Assembly (NCBI GenBank): GCA_905212975.1
Contig: CAJMGO010000004.1
Span: 4,044-68,043 of the forward strand
DNA: 64,000 bases
Reading direction: 5' to 3'
Origin: an uncultured Bacillota bacterium
GTDB taxonomy: Bacteria > Bacillota_I > Bacilli_A > RF39 > UBA660
Below are positions 63,241 through 64,000 of the stretch, piece by piece. Made by a program: the position numbers and the translations under genes. The notes under the pieces are model-generated. The model saw only the letters and a list, made by a program, of their open reading frames with translations, had not been told where the DNA came from and did not search any database. Position 1 is the first letter of the stretch, and every line of letters starts with the position of its first letter.

Positions 63241-63939
63241 ATGTTTAAAGATGACTTTCTTATTCGCTTATATACTAAAAAAAGTGTAGAAGTTGTAAAT
63301 AAAAAGGTTTCACTTTTAGGTGATAATTTTAAAATGTCTATTTCTAAATATATGACTATAAGATTACTGTTTTGCATATTTTCATTTTTAATTACTGTAT
63401 ATTTATTTAATTTTGGATATGTAATAGCGCCAGTTATTTGCGTGTTAGCATACTATCTTTTTACTTATGTCACTCTTGATAGAGAGGTAAAAAAAAGAGG
63501 TAGAAAACTTGATAGAGAAGCTTTAGAATTTTTTGAAATATTGACACTTACACTTGAATCAGGTAGAAATTTGGAACATGCTCTTGAAATAACTGTATTT
63601 AATGTTGATAGTGAATTATCAGGTGAATTTAAAAAAACTTTATTTGAGATTAAATTTGGTAAATCTTTAGTAGAAGCATTAGAGGCAATGAAAAAGAGAA
63701 TACCAAGTGAAACAATAAATAACATAATTTTAAACATAACACAGACAAACGTTTTTGGAAATAGTATTTTAGAAACAATGTACAATCAGATAGATTTTTT
63801 AAGAGACAAACAAATATTAGAAATAAAAGGTCAAATTAATAAGATACCAAATAAAATTAGTATTATATCTGTTTTATTTATGGTCCCACTTATTCTACTT
63901 TTAGTTTTAGGACCGGTCGTAATAAATTATTTAAATTAG
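63241..63939 (+). CDS. tadC: TadC-like type II secretion system F-domain protein
   Basis: T2SSF domain (..FEILTLTLESGRNLEHALEI..FGKSLVEALEAMKKRIP..) between TM segments. Confidence 0.75.
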   Translation: MFKDDFLIRLYTKKSVEVVNKKVSLLGDNFKMSISKYMTIRLLFCIFSFLITVYLFNFGYVIAPVICVLAYYLFTYVTLDREVKKRGRKLDREALEFFEILTLTLESGRNLEHALEITVFNVDSELSGEFKKTLFEIKFGKSLVEALEAMKKRIPSETINNIILNITQTNVFGNSILETMYNQIDFLRDKQILEIKGQINKIPNKISIISVLFMVPLILLLVLGPVVINYLN

Positions 63940-63947
63940 GAGGTTTT

Positions 63948-64000
63948 ATGTATCATTTTATAGGAATAAAAGGTACGGGCATGAGTGCTCTTGCAATAGT
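63948..64000 (+). CDS. murC: UDP-N-acetylmuramate--L-alanine ligase, first 17 codons (3' end outside window)
   Basis: AGGAGG SD. MYHFIGIKGTGMSALAI matches the MurC N-terminal HFIGIGGxGMSxLA motif. Confidence 0.7.
   Translation, partial: MYHFIGIKGTGMSALAI

Overview
All calls below come from reading the ORF translations and the nucleotide sequence for motifs. No similarity search, HMM scan or RNA covariance model was run.

The window is a 64-kb chromosomal segment from a very AT-rich organism, roughly a quarter G+C by eye. It uses the standard genetic code, since TGA serves as a stop in mraY, the radical-SAM gene and the 881-aa ORF. It looks like a low-GC Firmicute. The RNA polymerase delta subunit (rpoE) and B. 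subtilis-type DnaB/DnaI replication genes point to a Bacilli/Erysipelotrichia-like lineage. Sporulation genes are present: gerE, gerM, a spoIIIAH-like gene, a YjcZ-like tiny protein and a SpoVD-type PBP. About 85% of genes are on the + strand.

Housekeeping content:
- Translation and transcription: argS (partial), rpoE, def, thrS, cysS.
- Division and cell wall: a class-B PBP, mraY, ftsW, ltaS, rodA, murC (partial).
- Chromosome handling: ftsK, a Xer recombinase, dnaB, dnaI.
- Other: zupT, ldh.
- A peptidoglycan-trimming cluster: two VanY-type M15 peptidases, a class-A beta-lactamase-like hydrolase and two PBP5-type carboxypeptidases.
- RNA elements: four tRNAs, namely Cys-GCA, Arg-UCU, Leu-UAG and a CAU tRNA that is probably Ile2; a Thr T-box leader; and a candidate 6S-like RNA.

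Accessory content:
- A TetR plus MMPL/coiled-coil transporter pair.
- A Bce-like ABC plus two-component module, embedded among small secreted-protein cassettes and direct repeats.
- A MerR regulator next to a decayed type IV coupling-protein homologue.
- A solitary MvaI/BcnI-like nuclease between tRNA genes.
- A complete monoderm Tad/Flp pilus locus.

The strongest candidate for an undescribed system is a self-contained, translationally coupled four-gene operon at about 7.7-12.2 kb. It encodes a membrane-anchored LRR protein, an extended radical-SAM/SPASM enzyme, a 120-aa protein ending in 14 asparagines, and a double zinc-ribbon membrane protein.

Second-tier candidates:
- An 881-aa protein with an apparently inactivated RNB-like domain, inserted between dnaI and the thrS T-box.
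- An extra ORF placed under T-box control upstream of a ThrS that lacks the TGS domain.
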